Source: Octopus bimaculoides (lineage: Eukaryota). From it: a stretch of 64,000 nt of DNA. Positions within the stretch are counted from its first letter, which is position 1. Every line of letters starts with the position of its first letter. Below the pieces are notes generated by a model. It was given only the letters and a program-made list of their open reading frames with translations, did no database searches and was not told where the DNA came from. This document shows, one piece after another, positions 25,798 to 37,600 of the stretch. The stretch is from contig NC_068983.1 of assembly GCF_001194135.2 (NCBI RefSeq), forward strand, positions 83,627,903 to 83,691,902. Reading direction: 5' to 3'. The position numbers were made by a program, and so were the translations under genes.

Positions 25798-26170
25798 AGT
25801 GGCTGTGTGGTAATTAGCTTGCTTACCAACCACATGGTTCCGGGTTCAGTCCCACTGCGTGGCACCTTGGGCAAGTGTCTTCTACTATAGCCTCGGGCCG
25901 ACCAAAGTCTTGTAAGTCGATTTGGTAGATGGAAACTGAAAGAAGCCCGTTGTGTGTGTGTTTGTGTGTCTGTGTTTGTCCCCCCACCATCGCTTGACAA
26001 CCGATGCTGATGTGTTTACGTCCCCATAACTTAGCGCTTTGGCAAAAAGTGACCGATAGAATAAGTACTAGGCTTCCAAAGAATAAGTCCTGGGGTCGAT
26101 TTGCTCAACTAAAGGCAGTGCTCCAGCATGGCCGCACTCAAATGACTAAAACAAGTAAAAGAGTAAAAGA
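25798..26170 (+). mobile_element. SINE family C, near full-length young copy
   Basis: GTGGCTGTGTGGTAA head with B-box-like GGTTCAGTCCC, retained CpGs and GTAAAAGAGTAAAAGAG tail. Confidence 0.9.
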
Positions 26171-26594
26171 GTATGATCTGATGATGATGATGATTGTTTT
26201 GGTGCATACACAAAAAGTTATCCTGCTTCATCTTTGCAATGCTTAGAATTTTTATAAACTCCTTTAACATTAGTTTTGTGAGCTCAATGGAGTTTCATAG
26301 GCAGTCTCTCTTTTAAATTGTCAGTGCTTTGCAATAATCTTGGAATTGATGGGACTCTAGTCACATGATGAACAGGGTCTCAGAATGCAAGGAGTGAAAT
26401 TAGATTTTGCATGAGACCTCATTTGATGCCACAAAATTTCCACTGTCCTGGAGACTGGTAATTTATCTATTGACCCTCACCAACAAGATGAAAAGCAAAA
26501 ATCAACTTTGGTGGCATTTGAACTCAAATGCACAGAGAACTAAAACAAACACCACAAGGTATTCTATTTAACACTTTAATGATTCTGTAAATTC

Positions 26595-26860
26595 ACACTC
26601 TTATTTACATGTACATATGTGTGTGTGTGTGTGTCCGTGTGTGTCCGTGTCTGTGTCTGTTTCTGTCTGTCTGTCTGTGTATGTATGTATGTGTACATAT
26701 ATGTATGTATGTATGTATGTATACACACATAGACACACACATATATGTGTGTGTGTGTGTGTGTCTGTGTCTGTCTGTCTGTCTGTGTATGTATGTGTAC
26801 ATATATGTATGTATGTATACACACATACACACACACATATGTGTGTGTGTGTGTGTGTCA
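26595..26860. repeat. Compound microsatellite with an internally duplicated ~110-bp block
   Basis: The (TG)n-(TGTC)n-(TATG)n-(CA)n cassette occurs twice. Confidence 0.85.
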
Positions 26861-27152
26861 ATAAGTAAAAAAGTGGAAGACAGCTTATCTGAAGATCTTT
26901 TAAATTCAAAATATTCAAACTACCAAAACATCAAAAATAATAATAGATAAGGGTCCAATCCAGTTCAAAGCATGCATTTATGCACTAAAATATTATGATT
27001 CATGAATGAGTGAACAAATAAATAAAGCTTATGCGATATTATACATGCTTCAAGCTAAACTCTCATAGTACTGGACAATGGTTGTATAAATAACAGACAA
27101 ATTTGTTTTGTTTTTTTGTTGAATTTTTTAATCAGTGTAGTTACTTTTCAAG

Positions 27153-27602
27153 GCTATGATGTAGAAATCAACAAAGATTTTAGGTAAAGCATTTGTTCCA
27201 GGCAGAGTTCAGCTGAGATTTTATCAGAATAGTGATAGTATTAAAAAAATGAAAGTAAACAATGTTGTCAAAAGAACTGTTTCTAGTTAATAATAAATAT
27301 GAAAATGGTGATGCAGTTTGATAACCTTTATACCTGAAAGGCTTGGAAATAGAAACATTTTGGATATTTTGGGGTTTCTTTTGAATTTCTGGGTCAATTT
27401 TTGTAGTATCAATAAACATCAATAAGTTCTTCTTTATCTTTGCACTAATACCTTTAAGAATATCTGCAGGTTTCCTCCAACATTTTCAACATAAACAAGA
27501 GCATGACACACTAGGTAAGTAAAACACATGAAAGTGTTGCTATCAAGGCTTCTGCCAACAAATCTGCAATGACTTAAATGGATTAGACAAGTCCAAGCCA
27601 AG
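27153..27602 (+). pseudogene. Fossil exon (GYDVEIN/KILGKAFVPGRVQLRFYQNSD.../PLYLKGLEIETFW...CYQGFCQQICNDLNGLDKSKP|)
   Basis: TTACTTTTCAAG| acceptor and AAG|GTAGGT donor (internal donors also at 27184 and 27515); two frameshifts and several stops. Confidence 0.35.
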
Positions 27603-27814
27603 GTAGGTGGGATCATTCAAAACTCATTACCCTCAAGAGTTGTACCTTGCTCAGAAACATTCCAAGTGCTTTGTGTAATTTTTACACTTGTGAGCCCTCC
27701 AAATTCTTTTGGGATTTATAAATAAATATTGATTAACCTACACTATCAAAAATTTTCACTAGATAAAACTGGCTGACCACTTCTAAATTTACAGAATATC
27801 GAGGCAAGTGAAAT

Positions 27815-28325
27815 CAAAATCAAAATCGAACTAAATTCGGCAACTGACCCCCATGCCAACGTCTTCTCCTTCATTGGACACTAAATTCACCTTGCGAAGA
27901 CCTGTTGGGGCAAGCGAAAGCGAAATCGTGATGGCACCTGTATCAGTGGAGCACTAAGAGCACCGTTCGAGCGTATCGTTACCAGCGTCGCCTTCCTAAC
28001 ACTTGTGCCGGTGGCACGTGAAAAGTCGTTCGAGCAAGATCGTTGCCAGTTCTGCTGGACTGTGCAGGTGGCACGTAAAATACACCATTTTGAGCGTGGT
28101 CATTGCCAGTACCGCCTGACTGGCCTTCGTGCTGGTGGCACGTAAAAGCACCCACTACACTCTCTGAGTGGTTGGCATTAGGAAGGGCATCCAGCTGTAG
28201 AAACTCTGCCAAATCAGATTGGAGCCTGGTGTAACCATCTGGTTCACTAGTCATCAGTCAAATCGTCCAACCCATGCTAGCATGGAAAGCAGACGTTAAA
28301 CGATGATCATCATCATCATCACTGT
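27815..28325 (+). mobile_element. SINE-like family B long, young copy
   Basis: CpG-rich, repeated GTGGCACGTAAAA motifs, family B core and GAT/CAT tail. Confidence 0.9.
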
Positions 28326-28339
28326 CATTATTTTTACGT

Positions 28340-28770
28340 CTACTTTTCTGTACTTGCATGGGTTCGGTGGGCTCTTCCAAACACTGCATCTCACTATTCA
28401 TTGTATTTCTTTGTAACTGTGTTTGTCAGCTTTCATCACTTCTACCAATGTCTTCCTAGGTCTTTTACTTCCACAGTTTCTTCCTACTTCAATCTTTGGG
28501 CACTTGTTTATCCATCAGTTATCATCCATATGCATTAGATATCTGTGCCATCATAGTCTTCTCCTCTCTTGCACACTACATTTGATTCCTCTTATACCCT
28601 GCTTATCTTTCAATCAGTCTGTACCACGTCCTTCATGCACCCTAACATCCTGTGGAGCATACATGCATCATTTCACTCCAGCCTTTGCATATCTCTTGTG
28701 TTCAATACCCACATCTCACTTTTCATGCCACATTGCACTGAATATCAAATTCAGCATTAAAATTTTGTGT
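28340..28770 (-). mobile_element. RTE-type LINE 3' remnant
   Basis: QGIRGIKCSVQERRRL.W..YLMHMDD...KRPRKT..EVMKAD resembles the RTE C-terminus. Confidence 0.7.
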
Positions 28771-28772
28771 AC

Positions 28773-28774
<2 letters not shown>

Positions 28775-28840
<66 letters not shown>
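28775..28840. repeat. (TA)n microsatellite at the left end of the mariner element
   Basis: Seen directly. Confidence 0.98.
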
Positions 28841-28843
<3 letters not shown>

Positions 28844-30139
28844 GGGTACTCAAAAGTAACCAGAAACCTTCTCTGGGGACAAACCTGTTGTAGTTCAGGT
28901 TTCCACTGCTAAAAGCCACTTGATGTGACCCCCAGACATCAGTCTGCTGACCAGCATCATCGTGTGAAGTTGTACTGCCACATGGTGTGTCATTGTTTAA
29001 TAGTGTTTCTCCACTGTTCATTGATTTTTGTGATGGGTGGAATGAAGGAGCATTGTGAAGGCACAATGGCCCAGTGGTTAGGGCAGCAGACTTACAGTCA
29101 TAGGATTGCGGTTTCGATTCCCAGACCATGCGTTGTGAGTGTTTATTGAGCGAAAACACCTAAAGCTCCACCCGGCTCCGGCAGGGGATGGTGGTGAACC
29201 CTGCTGTACTCTTCCATCACAACTTTCTCTCACTCTTTCTTCCTGTTTCTGTTGTACCTGTATTTCAAAGGGCCAGCCTTATCACACTGTGTCACACTGA
29301 ATATCCCCAAGAACTACGTTAAGGGCACATGTGTCTGTGGAGTGCTCAGCCACTTGCACGTTAATTTCACGAGCAGGCTGTTCCGTTGATTGGATCAACT
29401 GGAACCCTCAACGTCGTAAGTGACGGAGTGCCAACAAGGAATAAAGGAACGGTGTGCTTCTGTGAAATTCTGTTTTCTATTGGGTAAAACAGCAGCTGAA
29501 ACAGTTGTCAAGCTTCAAGCAGCTTACAAGGATGCTGTCATGAGCAAAACACAAATTTACAAATGGTTTCCATGCTTTAGGAATGGTCACTTGTTGCTTG
29601 AAGACCAACCTCATTCAGAACAACCATCAACCTCCCAAACAAATGAAACCATCATGAAAATTCATGCACTGATCTTGGAGAACTATTACTGAACAATTAA
29701 CAAACTTGTTGATATGACTGGTGTGTCCTGGAGCTTGTGCGAAAGAGTTTTGAGTGAGGAATTGTGAATGAAAAGAGTTGCAGCAAAACTTATGACTCAC
29801 ATACTCAAGGAACATCAAAAACGGTCACGACTGAATGAGTGTTGTGAACTGAAAGAATAGTTGAAAGTTGATCCGGACCTTTTTTCTGAAGGTCATCACT
29901 GGTGAAGAAAACTAGTGCTATGGAATTTGCAGATGTGGAAGGGGTGAAAAACAACAACAATGGAGGTGTTAAAAGGCCTCACTTCACAAGTGTTCCAGCA
30001 CTGCTTTGAACAGTGGAAAATATGTCTGGACTGATGCATTGCTTCAAGGGGAGAATACTTTGAAGGCAATAAAAATGTAAAAGTAAGTGAATAAGATAGT
30101 ATTGCAAAATTATGATTTTCTTTTGGGTAGCCCCTTGGA
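28839..30139 (+). mobile_element. Mariner-like transposon remnant (N-terminal HTH region, internal deletion), interrupted by a SINE
   Basis: Degenerate TIRs AAGGGGTACTCAAAAG / TTTTGGGTAGCCCCTT. The frame VKFCFLLGKTAAETVVKLQAAYKDAVMSKTQIYKWF..FRNG..LLEDQP.S..PSTS is typical of mariner transposases. Confidence 0.9.
29057..29437 (+). mobile_element. tRNA-derived SINE family D, full-length, inserted in the mariner
   Basis: A-box TGGCCCAGTGG and B-box GTTTCGATTCC; degenerate 18-bp TSD at 29039-29056 / 29438-29455 (14/18 identical). Confidence 0.9.
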
Positions 30140-30615
30140 TATTGTATCATTTAGAGTAAGGGAGCTGGCACAAAATATGCAGGTAAGAATAAAATTTTAA
30201 CCAGTGAAGTATGTATAATTAAGAAAATGCTTTCCCTGCTGGACATCCATCTTTACAACTACCATTCAAAAAGAAGCACACCTCAGCAACTAACTGTCAG
30301 GCTCTCCATACATAATATTAGATTCTTTACTTTGTATTTTAAAAGGTTTTGCTACAAAGCTATCTCTTATTTTTATATATTTTCAACTCTTTTCTCCATA
30401 GATCACTATGGCAAACAATTCAAAAAGAGAAAAATACAATAGAAATACACACAAACACACTTGAGGAGGCAGAGAGAGAAATTTATGTTCATTTTTTTTT
30501 TAAGAAAGAATTTATATTATAAAAATTCATTCAATCATTCTTGTTACTTGTTCCTGTTTTCTGACAGCTCACTTCTCATCTCACACAAACAAGCACAACT
30601 ACTCAAACAAATACA

Positions 30616-30652
<37 letters not shown>

Positions 30653-30898
30653 ACACACACACACATATACATCACACACAAATACAGCTATACATACTTA
30701 CATGTATTGAAAGACATATGCTATCACATGTATATTCACAGGTCTGACTGTGAGAACTACTGTGAATGCATATCGTTTTTACATATACATATGGTTGCAC
30801 CTGTATATATATATATATATATATATGACTCAACAGATAATGTGTGTATACAGTTTATCAGGAACAACTGGCATGTGTGCATGTTTTTNNNNNNNNNN

Positions 30899-30952
<54 letters not shown>

Positions 30953-31114
30953 CACGCACACACACAAAATATAATACAGAAGGGTATTGAAATACCACTT
31001 GCTATGAACAGAGCTGTCGCTCTAAACAACAATTTACTCACTATAAAAATACAGAGGTTGTGGCCATTCTTGAGCACAACCATTTGTGTGATTGCTAAGT
31101 TATTTCATATAAGT

Positions 31115-31515
31115 ACAAGCATGGCTGTGTGGTAAGAAGTTTGCCTCTCAACCATATGGTTCTGTGTTCCATCTCACTTCATAGGACTTTGGGTTAGAGT
31201 CTTCTACTACAGTTTCAGGTTGACCAAAGCCTTGTGAGTAGATCTGGTAAATGGAAACCGAAAGAAGCCTGTCATATATATATATGTGTGTGTGTGTGTA
31301 TTTGTATCTTTTTGTCCCCCACCACTGCTTAACAACTGGTGTTGGTGTATTTATGTCTCTGTACTTAGCAGTTTGGCAAAATGACTGACAGACTAAATAC
31401 CAGGTTTAAAAAATAATAAGTACTGGAGTTGAGTCATTTGACTAAAATTCTTTATGATAGTACTCCAGCATGGCCACAGTCTAATGACTCAAACAAGTAA
31501 AAGATAAATGATAAA
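31115..31515 (+). mobile_element. SINE family C copy
   Basis: GCATGGCTGTGTGGTAAG head and CCAGCATGGCCACAGTC...ACAAGTAAAAGATAAA tail. Confidence 0.85.
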
Positions 31516-31729
31516 AGAGGCATATATGGTTCAGCTAACGCACACAAATATATGGAAAAATGAACATAAAAATGGCAATAATGATAATGTAGCTTGTAGT
31601 GAAGGAATTGAGGATTAGAATTTTGAAGACATTTGGCAAATAAATGGTGTATTTTATGGAATAATTTCAAGCTCTTCATTTCTATTTCAACCAAACAGCA
31701 AAATAGCAGAGTCAATAGGGTACTGCACA

Positions 31730-31850
31730 GAATGCTTGTTTGACCCAAGGCTATAGTAGAAGACACTTGCCCAAGGAGCATTGCAGTGTGACTGAATCTG
31801 GAACCATGTGATCGGGAAGCAAACTTCACACAGCCACACCTGCACCTATT
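31730..31850 (-). mobile_element. SINE family C 5' fragment, inverted relative to the 31115 copy
   Basis: TAGTAGAAGACACTTGCCCAAGG...CACACAGCCACACC. Confidence 0.8.
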
Positions 31851-32716
31851 GATGACTTTTACTTTTGTTTGTTTCAACCAGAGGTTGTGGCCATTCTTGA
31901 ACACTACTATTGGTGTGATTGCTAAGTTATTTCATTTCTTTTCCACAGCTCTGCCTCCATATTTGGTTCTGGTTTCATAGTTACAAAATCAGCGATTGTA
32001 TGACACTGTTTTCTATATATTGAAAGAGAGGTAAACTGCTGCCATGCCTGGAGATTCAATACACCACCAAAGAGATCCAAAACTGATTGAAACCACATGG
32101 TCTGGTGGTCTCAAAGCCAGGGTGGCAGGAGTTATCTCCCACTTGCAATAAATACCAGGTACAAGAAGCACAATGAATAAACCAGCTGGAGGAGATATCT
32201 CCTCCAGCCAATACCTAGATGCCACCCCCCCCTAATACCTAGATGCCCAGGGCAGTTGCCCCCTCCACACCCCTATAAATCCAGCCCTGGTGACAAATAT
32301 TAACTAGTAAATTTCAGTGTTATATTTAATTTTACAATGACTCAACATTCAAATGCGTAGCATAAGAGTTAGTTGATTGAGGAGTTTTAATTAATAATCT
32401 AACATAATTTGGGAAGAGGGGTTATTCAATGAAATTGATATTCTATTGGCTATTTTATTTTGTTGACCCCCAGAAGAATGAAATTATTGTGTCACAAATA
32501 CGAATCAATAAAAAAAGATGAGAATGAAAAGAGTTGCAATGTTGAATGAGAATGAAAAGAGTTGCAATGGTGTGCCAAAGTAACTGGAAATGAATATTGT
32601 TTAGAATGCTGATATTAAACCCTCTCATACAAACCTAAGTTAATACCTGTTAGTTTTTAGTGTGTATTATTACATGCTGGAAGCTAAAGAAAAATAGAGT
32701 CTACATTCTTTAACAG

Positions 32717-32971
32717 AATATAGATTTTGCCTTCAATAAGCTTTTACTATCAATTAGCAGGCCTAAACATTTTTTTATATCAAAAAGAATAAATGCTATG
32801 TTGAATTATACAAATATAGATAATAGATTTTCACATATGAAATATAATTTGAGAGTGAAATGGGAACATTACTTGTTTGGTTACTGATAGGAAAAGGGAG
32901 GAACTTTTATAAAGCTCAGAAAATTAATGTCAGTCAGACCTTTACAAGAATTAAATAATATGGAAAAGAAA
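32717..32971 (+). pseudogene. Fossil exon (NIDFAFNKLLLSIS...LRVKWEHYLFGY**EKGGTFIKLRKLMSVRPLQELNNMEKK|)
   Basis: CATTCTTTAACAG| acceptor and AAA|GTAAAT donor; exactly 85 codons in one frame with two adjacent stops. Confidence 0.45.
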
Positions 32972-33212
32972 GTAAATATGATAAAAACTATTTGTTTTTT
33001 TAACTATCACAGCATAATAAATGATTCTTCTAAAATTGGTCTAAGAACTTTTACCAAATCTTTATTGCTGAAATACAGAAATTAACTATGCAAACAACAA
33101 AATATAGTCCCACCACAGCTTTTACCATTTTATAAATACTGATTTATGTTGCATAAGCAAAAGCAACTTGTGTTGTGATAATCTTTATTGGTGAAAGAAA
33201 CTGAGAGAAGTT

Positions 33213-33244
<32 letters not shown>

Positions 33245-34101
33245 GAATGTATTTGGTTTGGTTTTACACCAAGTCACCAGGAATTTGTTTAGTATGGATG
33301 TTGGTTTAGCCAGAATGTAAAAGCAACAAAAACAAAGCTAAATATTTGTGCAACTTTACTGTCAAAGGTATCTCCAAATGGTTGCAGTTGGTTGATGCCT
33401 TGTTGAACAATGCCACCCAGAGAAACAGGTGTTTATCTTGATATCTGTGGCACAGTAACTTTAGAAAGGGAAATAAACTGTTAGAATTTATTTTAGGCTT
33501 CTTGGGTTGCCATTTAAATCTTATACATATCAGATTCTTACCCTTCTGATTAGTGGTATGAGGGTGTAAAAGGGTACAATGTCAACTTAGAAAAAAAATG
33601 GGTCAAACGTTTCTTTAAACTGACAATCAAATCTAATGCTTGTATTCTTTTCAACCCCTACTCTTTGAACAGTGTTACTATTCGACAGAACAGATTTCAA
33701 CTAGAATTCAGAACACTTATCATGAGAGTAAATAAAACATACAAAAGTAAGCAATAAAATCTAGACTATATAATCTGCTGAGTTTATAGTTAGCTTCTAA
33801 ATATACAAGCAATTATTGGTGTATAACACATCTACTTAACCAGAATGTAATGGAACTTCTATATAATTATTTGATCTACCTATTTAAGAACCAAATTTTG
33901 ATGATCTTTAAAAATTGGTGAATCACAGTTAATTAACAAGCAACAATAATTATAAGGCTGTATTATTGCTATTAATGATGAGTAGCTCTGCTTGAAAAGA
34001 TATTTCTAAAGAAGAATATTATGCAATTTATATTTCAATTTTTCTTTTTTTTTTTTTTGCAGGGTAGAATCAACATTAAATAGATCTCTCTGATCACTTA
34101 C

Positions 34102-34116
34102 CTTGTCTGATTTTAA
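34102..34116 (-). CDS. Candidate 15-nt microexon (LKSDK in phase 0)
   Basis: ATTTTTATTTCTTTAG|TTAAAATCAGACAAG|GTAAGT. Confidence 0.3.
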
Positions 34117-34582
34117 CTAAAGAAATAAAAATCTTTGTTGTACTTTCATTGTTCCACTTTGTCTATAAAGTTTTTCCTTTTTTTCTCTCAAATTTTTATT
34201 TCGTTAACATTTTTTTTACCTATAATTTTCAAAAAGTCACCATTGATATAACATTAGTGATTTAATATAAACTTTCTAACGTTGGAATATATATTAGAGT
34301 TTAAGCAACAACATATCTTAAGTCATTCTTTTTCTATGATATATCTTCCTAAGACAATTCTCATATATACTCTTGAACTAATATTTAACTTTCCATCAGT
34401 TTATGGTACATATTTATACAACATGCATCACTAATATGCACATTGATTTCTTCCTCTGTTCTGTTCTTTCACCACTTTCAAACTGCCATCATCACTATAA
34501 CCACTGCCACTACAACTGTTACTTAGCAGAATGTAACCCACTGAAATTAAAGAAATTAATGCTTAAGCTTTTTCATACTCAC

Positions 34583-34603
34583 CTGCTTAATGTCACATTG
34601 GTT
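34583..34603 (-). CDS. Candidate 21-nt microexon (NQCDIKQ in phase 0)
   Basis: ATTTTGTATGACAG|AACCAATGTGACATTAAGCAG|GTGAGT. Confidence 0.3.
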
Positions 34604-34705
34604 CTGTCATACAAAATTATCTGCTTTAATTTGTCTATAAGCGTATATAAGAAGCCCTTAGTTAAGCTATATTCCAATATATTGGTGATTAGTTATTTAA
34701 CTTAC

Positions 34706-34727
34706 CCCCTCAAAATTCTTGATTATT
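34706..34727 (-). CDS. Candidate 22-nt microexon (xIIKNFEG, phase 2 to 0)
   Basis: AAATTTTTTAG|AATAATCAAGAATTTTGAGGGG|GTAAGT; only one frame is open. Confidence 0.28.
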
Positions 34728-34864
34728 CTAAAAAATTTTCTGAAACATGCAGAGACTGTATGATCACAGAGGTGTTAATTACTTCAAAAGAATAGAATGT
34801 GTTGAATATCTGAAAGGATAATATATTTATTCAACAGATAAAATAATATAAATTTCTGTCTAAT

Positions 34865-35075
34865 GCAGTGATCTGGCAGAATCATTAGCATGCCAGGCAA
34901 AATGCTTAGCAGCATTTCGTCTGTTTTTACATTCTGGGATCAAATTCCATTGAAGTTGACTTTGACTTTTATCTTTTCAGGGTCAGTGAAATAAGTATCA
35001 GTTGAACACCAGGGTCGATGTAATTGACTTATCCCCTCTCCGAAACTGCTGGCATTGTGCCAAAATGTGGAATCT
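34865..35075 (+). mobile_element. SINE family A copy
   Basis: Family A core; the only clear SINE between ~32.3 and 37.9 kb. Confidence 0.85.
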
Positions 35076-35629
35076 ATGTGAATTTCAGCCTACTTTACTT
35101 TGTGGCAGAATAACTGTAGAAATCCTTAATATATTACTCAACATGTGTGTGTAACATTTCTACAACTAAATAAATTAAGACAGTAATGACTTCCTTCTTA
35201 CTTGTTTTTGTAAGGAAATATTCAGTCAACAGATGAAGAATTATAAATCTCAGGCAGCTACCTTTATTAGTGGCAGAAATAACAGTAAAAATCTTTAATT
35301 TTGATCATTGCCCTATATATGTGCAACACATCCGCAACTGAACAAATGAACTAACAGAGCAATGACTTCCTTCTGCATTGTTTTTGTAAGAAAAACTTCC
35401 TTGGAGTCTGAGTTGATTACAGTATTACCTCATACATAATCTTCTGACTGAAAGTTAATTTCCAGCTTGTCCTTTGCTAAAACAGTTGTTTTGTTTCTGT
35501 CTGGTTAAAAGAAACCAGATGAAGGCAATAAGAAATGAACAAATAATTTAACTAGGTTTTTCAGTCTAATGTTTCATAATAGGCTTGTTTAGATAAGGCT
35601 AACATTTTCATTCCATATTTAATTTTTAG

Positions 35630-35760
35630 CTATAAATCCTGCATGCTTGAAGAGGCAGTGTAAACACTGGTTACAGAGATATTCAAAATTGAACAGAAGG
35701 TCAGTCCTGATGCAGTCATTTGGGATGCATTTGCTAAGGCAGTGGGGAAATATTCAAAAC
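35630..35760 (+). pseudogene. Fossil exon (YKSCMLEEAV*TLVTEIFKIEQKVSPDAVIWDAFAKAVGKYSK)
   Basis: ATTTAATTTTTAG| acceptor; one stop; the 3' end runs into a (CT)n tract. Confidence 0.4.
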
Positions 35761-37086
35761 TCTCTCTCTCTCTCTCTCTCCATCCCCCTCCTTCTTTTTT
35801 CTCTCTCTTTTCTTCCTCTCTCATCTAAGTAAATATTACATTTGGAAACTTAAGTACCAGATGTTGAAAACTTATTTGCTTTGCCAAGCTGAAAGAAGGA
35901 AACAAGTTTGAAACTAAAGATTTAATAACATAAATATGTTACAAAATAAATTAGATTGATTTAAACTAAATATAACTAAATTTATTTCAGTATTTAATTT
36001 TATTTGTATTTTCTTGAAATTTTTTATAGTTCTAATTTTTTATTAAAACTTTTATTGCATGACATTTATTTTTAATCTTGATTTCTCTTTTGCACAGTTC
36101 AAAAAGTTTTTTTTTAAATTAAGAATGAATTGTTTGCAGATTTATGAAATAATAGTTAACAACTAATGCTTTGAAATATAGTTATTATTATTTTGATATT
36201 TAACAGAAGTAGAATATTTCAGAGCAATTTTTACTTCTCTTCGCTTAATGCACAATAAATTAATATTTCAAAATAAAGCTTGTTACAAATTATAATATTA
36301 TGATAAAAATCATACACAAATGTACACAACTGCACACACACACACACACACACACTCACATGCACGTGCATGTGCACATAAACATACGCAGAGAGCATGC
36401 AAGAATGTTAATTAAGTTTTATTTGCGTAGAAACTTAACTTTAAACTGAAAAATCTATTTTTAGTCTTTATCTACCAATAAACCATTTCATTAAGAGACA
36501 GGTAACTAAAAAAATAATGATTTACAGTGATATATATTCATAAAGTGGGGTAAATATGATTATGTGCTGTGTATGCCTTTCTTAAATGATTAGTGATATA
36601 AGTGAAGTGAAATGGCTCAACCAGGAAGAAAAATCATATCATGACTTTGACTCACTCCAATCTAACTTCCACTCTGCATCCCTTCCTAGAGGAAATTAAA
36701 TGCTTTTTCCTTTTCTTTCTTACCTTTTTTTTTTTTTTTTTTGATTTTTAACAAATAACATCATTGTTTCTTTATCTTAGGCAAGGTTTGAAGAGGAAAG
36801 AATAAAGAATAATTTACTGAATTTTTGACGGTTAAAAATTTTATTTAGATGTGGTTAAATGTCCTTATGTTGGTGGTGGTTGCAGCAGTGGCAGTGGTGG
36901 TAGTGGTAGTGGTGACAGTGGCAACGGTGGCAACAGTGGCAACAGTGGCAGTTAGCAGTGGCAAAGGTGATGGTGGTGGTGGTGGTGGTAAGGAAGAAGA
37001 GGAAAACAGTAATGTTCAAAAAATTATTTTAATTTTTGATAAAATATAGCATTCGAAATTTCAACAGGGAGAAGAAAAGTTTATTC

Positions 37087-37120
<34 letters not shown>

Positions 37121-37220
37121 TGATGATGATGATGATGATGATAATAACAGAATCTAACAAATAAAATTATATTCTGTTTTGTTAAGAAATCAAAAATTGT
37201 AAACTTTTAATATTATATAG

Positions 37221-37330
37221 GAAATTTTTGCTGCCACCAGAAAGATTTTAAAACAGTTGCCTTCAGCTTTCTGGGAGAGGGATCCTTCAATTCAGATTTA
37301 AAGATATTCAGATTCTCTTAAAATTTAGTC
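37221..37330 (+). pseudogene. Fossil exon (EIFAATRKILKQLPSAFWERDPSIQI*...)
   Basis: TTTAATATTATATAG| acceptor; 26 open codons, then a stop. The 3' boundary is unclear. Confidence 0.4.
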
Positions 37331-37600
37331 ATCTATATTTTTGTGAAAATCTTTACATTTCAAGTGAAAGAAAATGAGAGTGAATGGACACTCATAATAA
37401 AGAACAATAAATGTTATTCAAAACGTAAAAATAAAATCACTTCTACTTAAATAACAGGCAAACTTTGCCCATTATAAAATTACTTGATAAATAGAAATGT
37501 AAAAATCTCAGTTAAAGTTCTGCTAAAACAATTAAACAGTGCTTTTAATAGTAGTCGTTTCAATGGCATTTTTCTGTTTTTGTTCTAAAAATCTTTACAG

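Larger units (their letters stand above)
34530..34771 (+). pseudogene. Open + strand segment (ECNPLKLKKLMLKLFHTHLL...SETCRDCMITE), candidate exon
   Basis: TTACTTAGCAG| acceptor, weak donor GAG|GTGTTA; 80 open codons, part of ORF 34403-34795. Confidence 0.3.

Noticed and set aside
29057-29135. tRNA-like sequence with A and B boxes
   Set aside because: It is the head of a SINE, continues into the family D body and lacks a complete cloverleaf.
32647-33585. Extra - strand exon candidates (32674-32683, 32647-32683, 33542-33585)
   Set aside because: The 37-nt form has stops in all frames. The 44-nt form uses an AAG acceptor and needs a phase incompatible with the 21-nt unit. The 10-nt form has a weak donor.
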